Shown here: piece by piece, positions 1-9,956 of the stretch
How the letters are laid out: each line of letters starts with the position of its first letter
How positions within the stretch are numbered: the stretch's first letter is position 1
Source: an uncultured Actinobaculum sp.
GTDB taxonomy: Bacteria > Actinomycetota > Actinomycetes > Actinomycetales > Actinomycetaceae
Assembly: GCA_938020505.1 (NCBI GenBank)
Contig: CALIHR010000026.1
Coordinates: forward strand, 15,138-79,137
Reading direction: 5' to 3'
DNA: 64,000 nt
Translations under genes and position numbers: made by a program
The notes under the pieces: generated by a model
Database searches by the model: none
What the model saw: only the letters and a program-made list of their open reading frames with translations
Told to the model about the DNA's origin: nothing

Positions 1-704
<704 letters not shown>

Positions 705-708
<4 letters not shown>

Positions 709-1457
709 GAATCAACCTGGAGTACTGGCGTCAGAACAGCCCGACCGATTCGGGCCACTTCGAGACGCACACGCTTGACAACGTGGACGAGCACGCCTCG
801 TTCCTCGAGATGCTCGACGTCCTCAACGAAGAGCTTTTCGACGAGGGCAAGGAGCCTCTCGCCTTCGATTCGGACTGCCGCGAGGGAATCTGCGGCCAGT
901 GCGGCATCGTCATCAACGGCGACCCGCACGGGCCCAAGCGGACCACGACGTGCCAGCTGCACATGCGCACGTTTGAGGACGGCGACACGATCACCCTCGA
1001 GCCCTGGCGTTCGAAGGGCTTCCCGGTCATCAAGGACCTCGTCGTGGACCGCTCGGCCTTCGACCGCATCGTCCAGGCAGGAGGCTACATCTCGGTCAAC
1101 ACCGGGGCCGCCCCCGAGGCGCATTCGCAGCTCGTCCCGAAGGGCAACGCCGACCGCTCCTTCGAGGCCGCCGCCTGCATCGGCTGCGGCGCCTGCGTGG
1201 CGGCCTGCCCCAACGGCTCGGCCATGCTCTTCACCTCGGCTAAGGTCGTTCACTTGGGCCTCCTCCCGCAGGGGCAGCCCGAGCGCCGCGACAGGGTGGT
1301 CAACATGCTGGCCCAGCAGGACGACGAGGGATTCGGCGGCTGCACGAACGTCGGCGCATGCGCCAGCGTGTGCCCCAAGGAGATCCCCCTCGAGCTCATC
1401 TCCTTGCTCAACCGCGACCTCATCAAGTCCTACGGGCACAAGGCCCGCCAGAGGTAG
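705..1457 (+). CDS. sdhB: Succinate dehydrogenase/fumarate reductase iron-sulfur subunit
   Basis: GTG start overlapping the sdhA stop. Cys motifs [10 protein letters not shown] (2Fe-2S), [12 protein letters not shown] and [12 protein letters not shown] (4Fe-4S/3Fe-4S). Confidence 0.85.
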
Positions 1458-1534
1458 AGAAGACGCACGCGGCCGGATCCCGGCCCACGTCCGGATCCCT
1501 TTCGGCGCGCAGCCGGATCCTTCCAGACACAGTG

Positions 1535-1570
1535 AAAGGGCGGGGCTCTGAAAAAGCCCCGCCCTTTCGC
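1535..1570. terminator. GC-rich hairpin flanked by an A-tract and a T-tract, i.e. a bidirectional intrinsic terminator after sdhB.
   Basis: aaagggcggggc-tctgaaaaa-gccccgcccttt read directly from the sequence. Confidence 0.6.
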
Positions 1571-1674
1571 TCTGCGGTCTTCACTCCGCGGCTTGCGCTG
1601 CGCCACCGCTGCGCGCTCTCGCCGCCGGCCTTCGCCCCTTTCGAGCAGAATGGCGTCCAAGCCCCCTGCTGTCC

Positions 1675-2097
1675 TCAGTCGGTCAGCGGCAGAAGCCCCC
1701 GTTCCGAAAAGACGCGTTTGGCCGTGAGCATCGCGTTCAGGGATCGGGGAAATCCGCAGTAGACGGATGCGTGGAGGATGGCTTCGACGATTTCCTTTGG
1801 CGAAAGGCCCACGTTGAGCGCGGCGCCGACGTGCACTTCAAGCTGCGGCTCGCAGCCCCCGAGGGCCGTGAGCATGCCGAGCGTGACGAGCTGCCGATCC
1901 CTCGGGCGAAGCTCCTCGCGCGAGTAGACGTCGCCGAATCCCCAGGCGACGATGTGGTATCCGAGTTCGGGGCAGACGTCGCGCAGTGAGTCGAGCACAC
2001 GGGCGCCGGCCTCGCCGTCGACCCGGTTGAGCATTCTCATGCCTGCGGCGAAGCGCTCATCGCTTGAGGCCAGGCTCTTGTCAGTCTTCTTGTCCAT
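1675..2097 (-). CDS. Carboxymuconolactone decarboxylase family protein (AhpD-like). Start set at the internal ATG that has a GGAAAGGAAAA ribosome-binding site.
   Basis: CMD-domain sequence (HIVAWGFGDVYSREEL...CEPQLEVHVGAALNVGLSPKEIVEAILHASVYCGFPRS). The upstream part of the ORF is Arg/Ser-rich and unlikely to be coding. Confidence 0.7.
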   Translation of the reverse strand: MDKKTDKSLASSDERFAAGMRMLNRVDGEAGARVLDSLRDVCPELGYHIVAWGFGDVYSREELRPRDRQLVTLGMLTALGGCEPQLEVHVGAALNVGLSPKEIVEAILHASVYCGFPRSLNAMLTAKRVFSERGLLPLTD

Positions 2098-2509
2098 CGT
2101 TTTCCTTTCCGTGGATGTGCGGGATGTGCGTCTGCCCGGAGCCTTCGGCGTCGTCGATCCATTGTCGATAAAGCGCAATCTTGGCGTCCAGGGCGTCCGC
2201 GTGCGTGGAAAGCTCGGCTATGCGGGAACGGACGTCGGCTTCGTAATCGCAAAGGAGCTTCAGACGTTCGCGGAGCGTCGAGGGCCCCGCTTTGCGCAGC
2301 TTCGCATACCGGCGCATGAGCTCTATCGGCATGTTCGCGGCGCGCAGACGCCGGAGGAACCGTATCCAAGAGACGTCCTGGGCGTCGTAAAGCCGCCTTC
2401 CGGCCCCGTCCCGCGCAACCGCGACGAGGCCCTCGCGTTCGTAGTACCTGAGGGTCGACGCCGAAAGGCCCGTTTCTCGAGCGACTTGGCCTATGCGCAT
2501 CCTTTCCAT
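2081..2509 (-). CDS. MerR family transcriptional regulator, co-operonic with the CMD protein (17-bp overlap).
   Basis: N-terminal HTH IGQVARETGLSASTLRYYEREGLV followed by a C-terminal coiled-coil region. Confidence 0.8.
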   Translation of the reverse strand: MERMRIGQVARETGLSASTLRYYEREGLVAVARDGAGRRLYDAQDVSWIRFLRRLRAANMPIELMRRYAKLRKAGPSTLRERLKLLCDYEADVRSRIAELSTHADALDAKIALYRQWIDDAEGSGQTHIPHIHGKENDGQED

Positions 2510-2558
2510 GGAAGGGAGCTTACGAGTTGAAGCGCGCTTGAAGTCAAGAAGCGCCCGG

Positions 2559-3035
2559 TCAGCCCTCGCAGCACTGGTGCGAATCCGTGTCTGAGACGAG
2601 CTCGCGGTAGGCGGTTTCGACGCTCATGATGGACGGGGCGAATCCAATGCCCTTCTCGCCCTTGATGAGGTGAAGCCGGTTCGATCTGCGGCGCCCGCTC
2701 GGGGAGATGACGAATGCGTCTTCGTAAGGGTTGATGTTCCAGTCGTCCACTGTGCCCACCCACGCGTCCGGGTTTTCGCGCAGCTTCCAGCTCGCGAAGG
2801 CTTCGAAGACTTCCGCCTCGGAGGGGGCGGGGTCTCCCGCAGGGGACGAGACGCGGACTTCCGGTTTGGAGACGCGGTCTTCCGTTTTGGGGACGCAGTC
2901 TCGGGGGCTTGGGACGCGGTCTCCGGCCTTCGAAGCGCCGCGGTTATCCCTGTTTGAAGGGAAGCGAGGCTGCATGGAGGAGGTCGTCTGCCCTCTTCTG
3001 CGGCGTCGGGCTGGCGAGTTGTCATCGCTGGTCAT
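2559..3035 (-). CDS. Hypothetical protein with a disordered Arg/Pro-rich N-terminus containing 7-aa repeats and a conserved-looking C-terminal ~90-aa domain (WNINPYEDAFVISPSG...HLIKGEKGIGFAP...CCEG).
   Basis: ATG at 3035 preceded by GAAAGGAA. I recognise no family for it. Confidence 0.5.
   Translation of the reverse strand: MTSDDNSPARRRRRGQTTSSMQPRFPSNRDNRGASKAGDRVPSPRDCVPKTEDRVSKPEVRVSSPAGDPAPSEAEVFEAFASWKLRENPDAWVGTVDDWNINPYEDAFVISPSGRRRSNRLHLIKGEKGIGFAPSIMSVETAYRELVSDTDSHQCCEG
2848..2931. repeat. Four tandem 21-bp units (consensus GAGACGCGGTCTTCCGKTTTG) inside the 2559-3035 CDS. On the coding (minus) strand they give 7-residue repeats of the PxxxDRV/KPEVRVS type.
   Basis: Read directly from the sequence at 2848-2868, 2869-2889, 2890-2910 and 2911-2931. 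Confidence 0.6.
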
Positions 3036-3491
3036 GATGGGTTCCTTTCAGTGGTGCGAATTGTGGGGATGCGTAAACGTGATCGCGGCGGGGCGCCGGG
3101 GCCGCGTCGGCCTCGCGGGGCGACCGGGGGCGGGATCGCGTCGGCCTGACCTCAGCTCGGTCAGCGGATGCGATCCTTGGGAGTCGCGCAGGATGAAGAT
3201 GTGAAGGAAAGGCACGTTCACAGTCGTTTCCTTTGTCGCCGGTTCTTCGTTTCAATTTGCTGTGACGCCGATGCGATGCGGGACGCGTGGAGGGATGGTG
3301 ACCCGGGTTTCATAAACGGCGTGGGTTCGTCGGTAGGAACTTGTTTACACAGTACCCAATCTGACGGGCAAATGAGAGCCAAAATCCGGGGGAGGGGACT
3401 CCAGCGTAGCCATTTTTCCGAGATAAGCCCGTCATTCCGCGGAAAAATACTGCTGGGCCGATGTCTCCGATTTGCCCGCCAAGACGGCGTC

Positions 3492-3579
3492 GGGAGGGGC
3501 TGAACGTTCAAGCGGGAGGGGTTGCGCACTCCGGCGGGAGGGATTGAACGTTCAAGCGGGAGGGGCTGAATGCTCCGGC
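3492..3579. repeat. Tandem array of four 22-bp units (GGGAGGGRNTGAAYGYTCMRGC) in a non-coding region. Units 1 and 3 each carry the perfect 10-bp palindrome TGAACGTTCA.
   Basis: Units at 3492-3513, 3514-3535, 3536-3557 and 3558-3579. The palindromes lie at 3501-3510 and 3545-3554, 44 bp apart. Confidence 0.65.
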
Positions 3580-3916
3580 GGGCGTTGAGGAAGGGGTTGA
3601 GGTCGCCGGGGCTGTCTGACGTTCGACGTCGTCGCGACGGGCGGAGCAGAAGGCGGAGCCCAAAGACGCGGCGGCGCACACGGGCTCGTCAAGCCGGAAC
3701 GGGGCCTCGGGGTCCGCGGGCGCAGCCGCGGGGAGGACCGCCGGGCTTTCAGGCACTAGGATGCTGTATGAGGGCGTTGCTTCCCGCTTCGCTTCAAGCC
3801 TTGGACGATTCGCTCGCCCGGCCGCATGCGATTGACGGTGCGGAAACGGCGCTGCGGCGGCGTCCCCTTCACGTGAGCGGCCGTCGGCCGCGCTTTCCGT
3901 CAGAAAGGAATGTGTT

Positions 3917-4435
3917 ATGGAACTTCCCGAGTTTTCCAGCGGCTTAGAAGGCATTCAAGCTCGGTTGGACGAGCAGCTCGCCGAGGCGCAGAGAAGCATG
4001 CGGCGAGCGGAGGCGTTCGCGGCGCAGGCGCAGGATTTGAAGGCTTTTGCGCGCAGCGAGGGCGGCGAAGTGAGCGTCGAAGTCGACGGGGGAGGCGTGC
4101 CGCTCGCCGTGAACGTGACGGCGAAAGCCTTCTCCCTGACGCCGGAGGCGCTTTCGCAGCTCATCCTCGACGTCGTTCGCCAGGCGCATCGCGAAGCCGT
4201 CCAAAAGTACGAAGACCTGGCGCGTTCGATCTTCGGAGACTCGGCGACGGCGGAGCAGCTCGTCGACCAGGCCCGTCAGCGTCTCAAGGTCAACGGAAGC
4301 GACGCGGGGGAAAACAGATTCGGCAATCGTGAGGCCGGGCGCCCTGAAGCCCGCGGCCCTCAAGCCGGCGGCGTCGAAGCAGGGACCCGCGAAGCCGGCG
4401 CCTCGGACGGCCAGGCCGAATCTCCCACAAGCTGA
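3917..4435 (+). CDS. YbaB/EbfC-like nucleoid-associated protein family member with a ~60-aa disordered Gly/Ala/Glu-rich C-terminal tail.
   Basis: ATG with GAAAGGAA ribosome-binding site. N-terminal coiled coil followed by GGEVSVEVDGGGVPLAVNVTAKAFSLTPEALSQLILDVVRQAHREA, the typical YbaB core. It is not next to recR/dnaX. Confidence 0.6.
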   Translation: MELPEFSSGLEGIQARLDEQLAEAQRSMRRAEAFAAQAQDLKAFARSEGGEVSVEVDGGGVPLAVNVTAKAFSLTPEALSQLILDVVRQAHREAVQKYEDLARSIFGDSATAEQLVDQARQRLKVNGSDAGENRFGNREAGRPEARGPQAGGVEAGTREAGASDGQAESPTS

Positions 4436-4515
4436 ACGGGGCGCACCGTGCCCTCCGCGGGGAGCTCCGTGCCGTCCGGCGCGAGCGCGAAGCCGAGAAG
4501 AATTAACCCGCGCCC

Positions 4516-5580
<1,065 letters not shown>

Positions 5581-5710
5581 CAGCCGTCCGCCCCGACCCG
5601 AGGCCTTTCCGCAGTCGGCCTTCGCTTCGTCCGCGCTCCGTTTGCGGCCGCCCGCGCCTTATCTGAGTCGGCCTGCGCCTTCTCGGCGCGGCCCGCGCTT
5701 CAATTCGCGG

Positions 5711-6970
5711 TCAGCGCCTCCGCCGCGCGACGATCGCCCGATGGCGGCCGAGGACGGGGGAGAAGAGGACGACGCCGGCGTCGCCGCCGCGGCCCGAGAG
5801 CCTCTTCGCCATCGCCGCGACGTCGATCTCCGTTCCGCGTTTCTTGACCTCCGCCCGTCCGATCCCGTGCGCGGCCAAGGACCGCTTGATCCGCTTGGCC
5901 TCCGGGGCGACGACGTCCAGGACCTCGAAGGCCGCGCAATGCGGCGGGGCGGCCTCGCCCGTGAGATAGGCGATGCCCTCCGAGACGGGGGCGAGGCCGT
6001 GTTTCTCGCACAGGCGCGCGATGCCGCCCGATCGGACAATGGCCGGATCGGGTTCGAGCAGCAGGGGGCCGAGGGCGCGCGGGGCGACGAAGACCGCCGG
6101 CTCGTCGGCTGCCTTCGCGCCGGAGTCGAGCCGTTCGCCGTCGACCGTCGCCGCACGCCCCGTTCCCATTCCGAGCCAGACGACGGCTTCGAGCAACTGG
6201 CCGCGCTCGCTGATCCACTCGACGAACGCCCTCGGCGGCAAGGCGTGGTAGGCGATCCCGGGCGCAACTTTGATCCCCGCCAGCGGGAAGTCCCTCGCAA
6301 GGCTCAGAGCCCGCGAGAACGGCGGAGTCCAGCGTTCGGGAGAGGAGATCCTGCGGCCGTCCTCGGCCCTCCTGGCGGGATCGAGCCATATCGCGTCGGC
6401 CTCGGGAAGCTCCGTCGCGAGGCCGTCCGCGCATGTCACTTTCGCCCCCGGCGCATTCGCGGCCGCGTACAGGGCCGCCACGGGGTCCGATTCGATCGCC
6501 GCGACGTCGAGTCCCGCGAGGGTGAACGCGAGCGAGTCGGCGCCGATGCCGCAGCCGAAGTCGACGACCCGTCTCGCTCCCGCCTCGACGAGGCGCGCCG
6601 CGTGCAGCGCGCCGACGCTCAGCCTGGTCGCCTGCTCGTACCCGTCTGCGGTGAAAAACATCGAGCCCGCGCGCTCGCCGAACTTGGCCGCGGCTCGCGT
6701 TCGCAGGCGAGACAGCGTGAGCGCGGCCGCCGCTTGGTCGGCGTCCAGCCCCTCGCGCCTCAGCCGCGCAGTGAGGGCGAAGACGTCGTCGAAACGGTAC
6801 GGGGGAAGCGCGGCCAGAGCGGCCCGTCCGGCCTCGCCGAGGAGCCAGCGGGCGACGGCGAGATCGCGGGATGCGCTCGCGTTTCGGAGAGAATCGGCGT
6901 TAGAGGAGGCGGAATCGGCGTCGGAAGAGGGAGAGTCGGCGGCTCGACGCGCGGAGGGAAAAGCGTCCAC
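5711..6970 (-). CDS. Class I SAM-dependent methyltransferase with a THUMP-like fold, the usual partner gene between tsaD and groES in Actinomycetota.
   Basis: SAM-binding motif VVDFGCGIGADSLAF. The exact start is uncertain because the N-terminus is low-complexity. Confidence 0.75.
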   Translation of the reverse strand: MDAFPSARRAADSPSSDADSASSNADSLRNASASRDLAVARWLLGEAGRAALAALPPYRFDDVFALTARLRREGLDADQAAAALTLSRLRTRAAAKFGERAGSMFFTADGYEQATRLSVGALHAARLVEAGARRVVDFGCGIGADSLAFTLAGLDVAAIESDPVAALYAAANAPGAKVTCADGLATELPEADAIWLDPARRAEDGRRISSPERWTPPFSRALSLARDFPLAGIKVAPGIAYHALPPRAFVEWISERGQLLEAVVWLGMGTGRAATVDGERLDSGAKAADEPAVFVAPRALGPLLLEPDPAIVRSGGIARLCEKHGLAPVSEGIAYLTGEAAPPHCAAFEVLDVVAPEAKRIKRSLAAHGIGRAEVKKRGTEIDVAAMAKRLSGRGGDAGVVLFSPVLGRHRAIVARRRR

Positions 6971-7011
6971 GAATCAAGTCTCGCACGGGGCGCTGCGCCT
7001 ACGGCGAAAAG

Positions 7012-7038
7012 CTGGCACTCATCGCATGCGAGTGCTAA
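7012..7038. promoter_or_regulatory. CIRCE operator (HrcA-binding inverted repeat) upstream of groES
   Basis: CTGGCACTC-atcgcatgc-GAGTGCTAA, to be compared with the consensus TTAGCACTC-N9-GAGTGCTAA. It lies 120 bp upstream of the groES start. Confidence 0.8.
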
Positions 7039-7157
7039 TCTTTCATCAGGCGCAGTGAAAGCTGCGCGTGCCCGGTTCGGGCCCGGCCCCCGCGACGGCG
7101 GGTCCCGCGTCCAGGCTTTCTCAACCAAAGCACGAGTATATAGAAGGGGGATCCGCA

Positions 7158-7454
7158 GTGTCGGTCTCCATCAAGCCGCTTGAGGATCGCATCGTGATCC
7201 AGCAGCTCGAAGCAGAAACCACGACGGCTTCCGGCCTCGTCCTTCCGGACACGGCAAAGGAAAAGCCGCAAGAGGGCAAGGTCTTGGCCGTCGGGCCGGG
7301 CCGCGTCGACGATCAGGGCAATCGCGTGCCCGTCGACGTCAAGGTCGGCGACGTCGTCATTTACTCCAAGTACGGCGGGACCGAGATCAAGTACGGAGCG
7401 GACGAGTACATCATCCTGTCCTCGCGCGACGTGCTCGCGGTCGTCGAGAAGTAA
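7158..7454 (+). CDS. groES: Co-chaperonin GroES (10-kDa chaperonin)
   Basis: GTG start with GAAGGGGG ribosome-binding site. [11 protein letters not shown]...[24 protein letters not shown]. No groEL follows; a terminator follows instead. Confidence 0.9.
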   Translation: MSVSIKPLEDRIVIQQLEAETTTASGLVLPDTAKEKPQEGKVLAVGPGRVDDQGNRVPVDVKVGDVVIYSKYGGTEIKYGADEYIILSSRDVLAVVEK

Positions 7455-7494
7455 TCGAGAGGCGGTCGGCCCCGGGCCGGCGCGCAATCGAATC

Positions 7495-7532
7495 GAAGGG
7501 GCGGCGCTTCTGTCTGAGGCGCCGCCCCTTCG
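7495..7532. terminator. Intrinsic terminator hairpin after groES
   Basis: aaggggcggcgc-ttctgtctgag-gcgccgcccctt. Confidence 0.7.
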
Positions 7533-7696
7533 TCGCGCCTAAAGACACTTTGTCGCGGTCGCAAGAACGCTTGTCGCGGTCGCGAGCGTGTTCGGTCGCC
7601 GGAGGCCGCCCGCAGACTCGGCTTCCCCGGCCTCAGACCCCGGCGGCCTTGTTTCCTCAGCCTCAGACTCCCGCGGGTTTGGCTTTCCGGGAGGGC

Positions 7697-8197
7697 TCAG
7701 CCTTCCGGCCGGACCCAGCTTCCCGACCGCCCGCCGGATTTGGCGACGATCTTCGCTTCGGCCACCACGGCCGAGCGGTCGATTCCCTTGACCATGTCGA
7801 CGACGGCGAGCGCCGCGACCGTCACGGCGGTCAGCGCCTCCATCTCGACGCCCGTCCTGTCCGCCGTTCGCGCCGTCGCGCGAATCGCCACGCCGCCGTC
7901 GGCCAGTTCCACGTCTACTTCGCACCCGTGGAGGCCCACGACGTGGGCGAGAGGAAGCAGCGCGGGCGTCTTCTTGGCGGCCTGGATCCCGGCGACTCTC
8001 GCCACCGCGAACACGTCTCCCTTCGGCACGGAGCCTTCTCTCAGCCGCGCCATGACGGCGTCGGAGCACTCGACGCGGGCCACAGCCGTCGCCATGCGAA
8101 CCGTCGGCTCTTTCGCCGTCACGTCCACCATGCGCGCCGTGCCGTCTGAGCGCAGATGGGCAAGGCCGCCTGGAGAGGCTTCTTCGCGGTCAGCCAT
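7697..8197 (-). CDS. moaC: Cyclic pyranopterin monophosphate synthase MoaC
   Basis: LAHLRSDGTARMVDVTAKEPTVR N-terminus (compare the E. coli MoaC [21 protein letters not shown]) and GVEMEALTAVTVAALAVVDM. Confidence 0.9.
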   Translation of the reverse strand: MADREEASPGGLAHLRSDGTARMVDVTAKEPTVRMATAVARVECSDAVMARLREGSVPKGDVFAVARVAGIQAAKKTPALLPLAHVVGLHGCEVDVELADGGVAIRATARTADRTGVEMEALTAVTVAALAVVDMVKGIDRSAVVAEAKIVAKSGGRSGSWVRPEG

Positions 8198-9530
8198 CGG
8201 CGCCTCCTTCGGTCGGAATGAATCCCAGCGCGTCGCCGGGCCTCACGCGTTCGACGTCGGCCGGCACGACGCCGAGCCCGTCCGCCGAGGGAAGCGAGGC
8301 GACCAGGTGCGAGCGCGAGCCGAGTTCGTGGATGGGGAACGCGCGCCCGCCGTCCAAACGCAGGGGGATGAACTGGACCTTCCCGCGAGGCGAGGCCCAT
8401 TCGGCGCCCGCAACCGCCTGCCCGACCGTCGGTTCGACGGCGTCGGAGCGCCCCGCGAGCACCCGGATCATGCCGGCGACGTACACGTGGAAGCTGACGT
8501 AAACAGACACCGGGTTGCCCGGCAGGCACGCCGCGGGCACGGACCGTCCGCCGACGCGGGCCGTCCCTGCGCCCTGCGGCCCGCCGGGCTGCTGGGCGAC
8601 GGCGTGGAAGCGCATCGAGGGCCCGGAAAGGGCCTGCCGCACCGTCTCGTACGCCCCCGCGGATATTCCCCCCGCGGTGACGAGCAGATCGATCTCCGGC
8701 GCGGACGCCAGAATCGCGAGCAGGTCCTCGGGGTCGTCCGCGCTGCGCCACCTGGCGACGACGTCGCCCCCCGCCTGCGCCGCGAGCCCGGACAGAAGGA
8801 CTCCGTTCGAGTCCGGGATGCGGCCCTCGGCGAGCTCCCCGCCAGGGGCGACGAGTTCGCTCCCCGAGGTGAGGATTCCGATGCGCGGACGAGGCCGGAC
8901 GAAGAGCGTCCCGCAGCCCGCCGACGCCGCCGCCGAGACCGCGGCGGGGGTGAGGACGGCGCCCGCGGGAAGGACGGGCGCGCCCGCATCGAGGTCTTCG
9001 CCCTTGAAGCGCACATTGGCGCCCGGGGTCTGGGGCGCCCGGACCGTCACCGTCGGGGGCGCCTCGCTCACGCCGGCCGCATGGTCTGTGTCTTCCACCC
9101 TGACGACGGTGTCCGCGCCGTCCGGCATCGCCGCCCCCGTCATGATCCGAATCGCCGTCCCCGGCGTGAGCGTGTATTTGCCCGTGTCCCCGGCCGCCAC
9201 GTCGCCGCAGACCGGCAACGTGGCCGGAATGCGGGCGACGTCGGCGTGGCGAACGGCGAAGCCGTCCATCGCGGAGTTTGTGAACGGGGGAACGCTCAGG
9301 CGGGCGACCACGTCCCGCGCCAGCACGAGCCCCGCCGAGCTCGCCGCGACGGGCGGAGCGGAACGGCCCGGCCAGACGGCGCCGGCCGGGCCGGCGATGG
9401 CGCATTCGAGCGGCGGCGCGCCCTCACGGCCGGTCCCGTAGGGCAGGGCGTCGATGGCGCATTCGAGCGGCTCCAACGGTTCGACGAGCCCGTCGAGGAA
9501 TGCCCGATGCTCTGAAACGCTGAATCTCAC
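8190..9530 (-). CDS. moeA: Molybdopterin molybdenumtransferase MoeA. Start set at the GTG that overlaps the moaE stop (GTGA).
   Basis: PFTNSAMDGFAVR and GAAMPDGADTVVRVEDT motifs plus the C-terminal MoeA domain. The N-terminal region contains an internal duplication (see the repeat feature at 9405-9470). Confidence 0.85.
   Translation of the reverse strand: MRFSVSEHRAFLDGLVEPLEPLECAIDALPYGTGREGAPPLECAIAGPAGAVWPGRSAPPVAASSAGLVLARDVVARLSVPPFTNSAMDGFAVRHADVARIPATLPVCGDVAAGDTGKYTLTPGTAIRIMTGAAMPDGADTVVRVEDTDHAAGVSEAPPTVTVRAPQTPGANVRFKGEDLDAGAPVLPAGAVLTPAAVSAAASAGCGTLFVRPRPRIGILTSGSELVAPGGELAEGRIPDSNGVLLSGLAAQAGGDVVARWRSADDPEDLLAILASAPEIDLLVTAGGISAGAYETVRQALSGPSMRFHAVAQQPGGPQGAGTARVGGRSVPAACLPGNPVSVYVSFHVYVAGMIRVLAGRSDAVEPTVGQAVAGAEWASPRGKVQFIPLRLDGGRAFPIHELGSRSHLVASLPSADGLGVVPADVERVRPGDALGFIPTEGGADG
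9405..9470. repeat. Perfect 19-20-bp direct repeat (CGATGGCGCATTCGAGCGG, twice, 47 bp apart) inside the moeA 5' region. It duplicates the peptide PLECAI and lengthens the MoeA N-terminus.
   Basis: Read directly from the sequence at 9405-9423 and 9452-9470. Confidence 0.7.
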
Positions 9531-9955
9531 GCGGACTCCAATCCCGACCAGCTGTGGCTGCCGTCGGCCATGATCTGCTTTTTCCACACAGGCAGGCGAG
9601 CCTTGACTTCGTCCACCATGGCCTCGGCCGCGGCAAAGGCCTGGGACCGGTGCTCGGCGGCCACCGCGACCACCATGAGGACGTCGCCGACGTCCAGCAG
9701 CCCCGTTCGATGCCAGGCCTCGACGCGGTGAACGCCCTGGCGCAGTGTCAGGCCTTCAGCGATCGACCGCAGGATGCGCGCGGCCGAGGGGTGCGCCGTG
9801 TACTCGAGCGCGGCCACGCTCGCGCCGCCCGAATGGCCGCGGACGGTTCCCTGGAACATCGCGACGGCACCGCAGCGCGGATCGTGCGCGTCCTTGCAGA
9901 TTGCGGCGGCGTCCAGCCGCTGGGCCGTGAGCCCGGTGTGAACGACGTCGAGCAT
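9527..9955 (-). CDS. moaE: Molybdopterin synthase catalytic subunit MoaE
   Basis: MLDVVHTGLTA...AMFQGTVRGHSGG...HRVEAWHRTGLLDVGDVLMVVAVAAEHR. The ATG lies 1 nt after the stop of the upstream gene. Confidence 0.85.
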   Translation of the reverse strand: MLDVVHTGLTAQRLDAAAICKDAHDPRCGAVAMFQGTVRGHSGGASVAALEYTAHPSAARILRSIAEGLTLRQGVHRVEAWHRTGLLDVGDVLMVVAVAAEHRSQAFAAAEAMVDEVKARLPVWKKQIMADGSHSWSGLESA

Positions 9956-9956
9956 C

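Noticed and set aside
5642-7183. 513-aa plus-strand ORF
   Set aside because: It is antisense to the SAM-methyltransferase gene and would overrun the CIRCE/groES promoter. It is a GC-frame artefact.
7740-9515. 591-aa plus-strand ORF, and the overlapping 8119-9405 minus-strand ORF
   Set aside because: Both overlap moeA/moaC, which have clear conserved motifs. They are low-complexity Arg/Ala/Gly translations.
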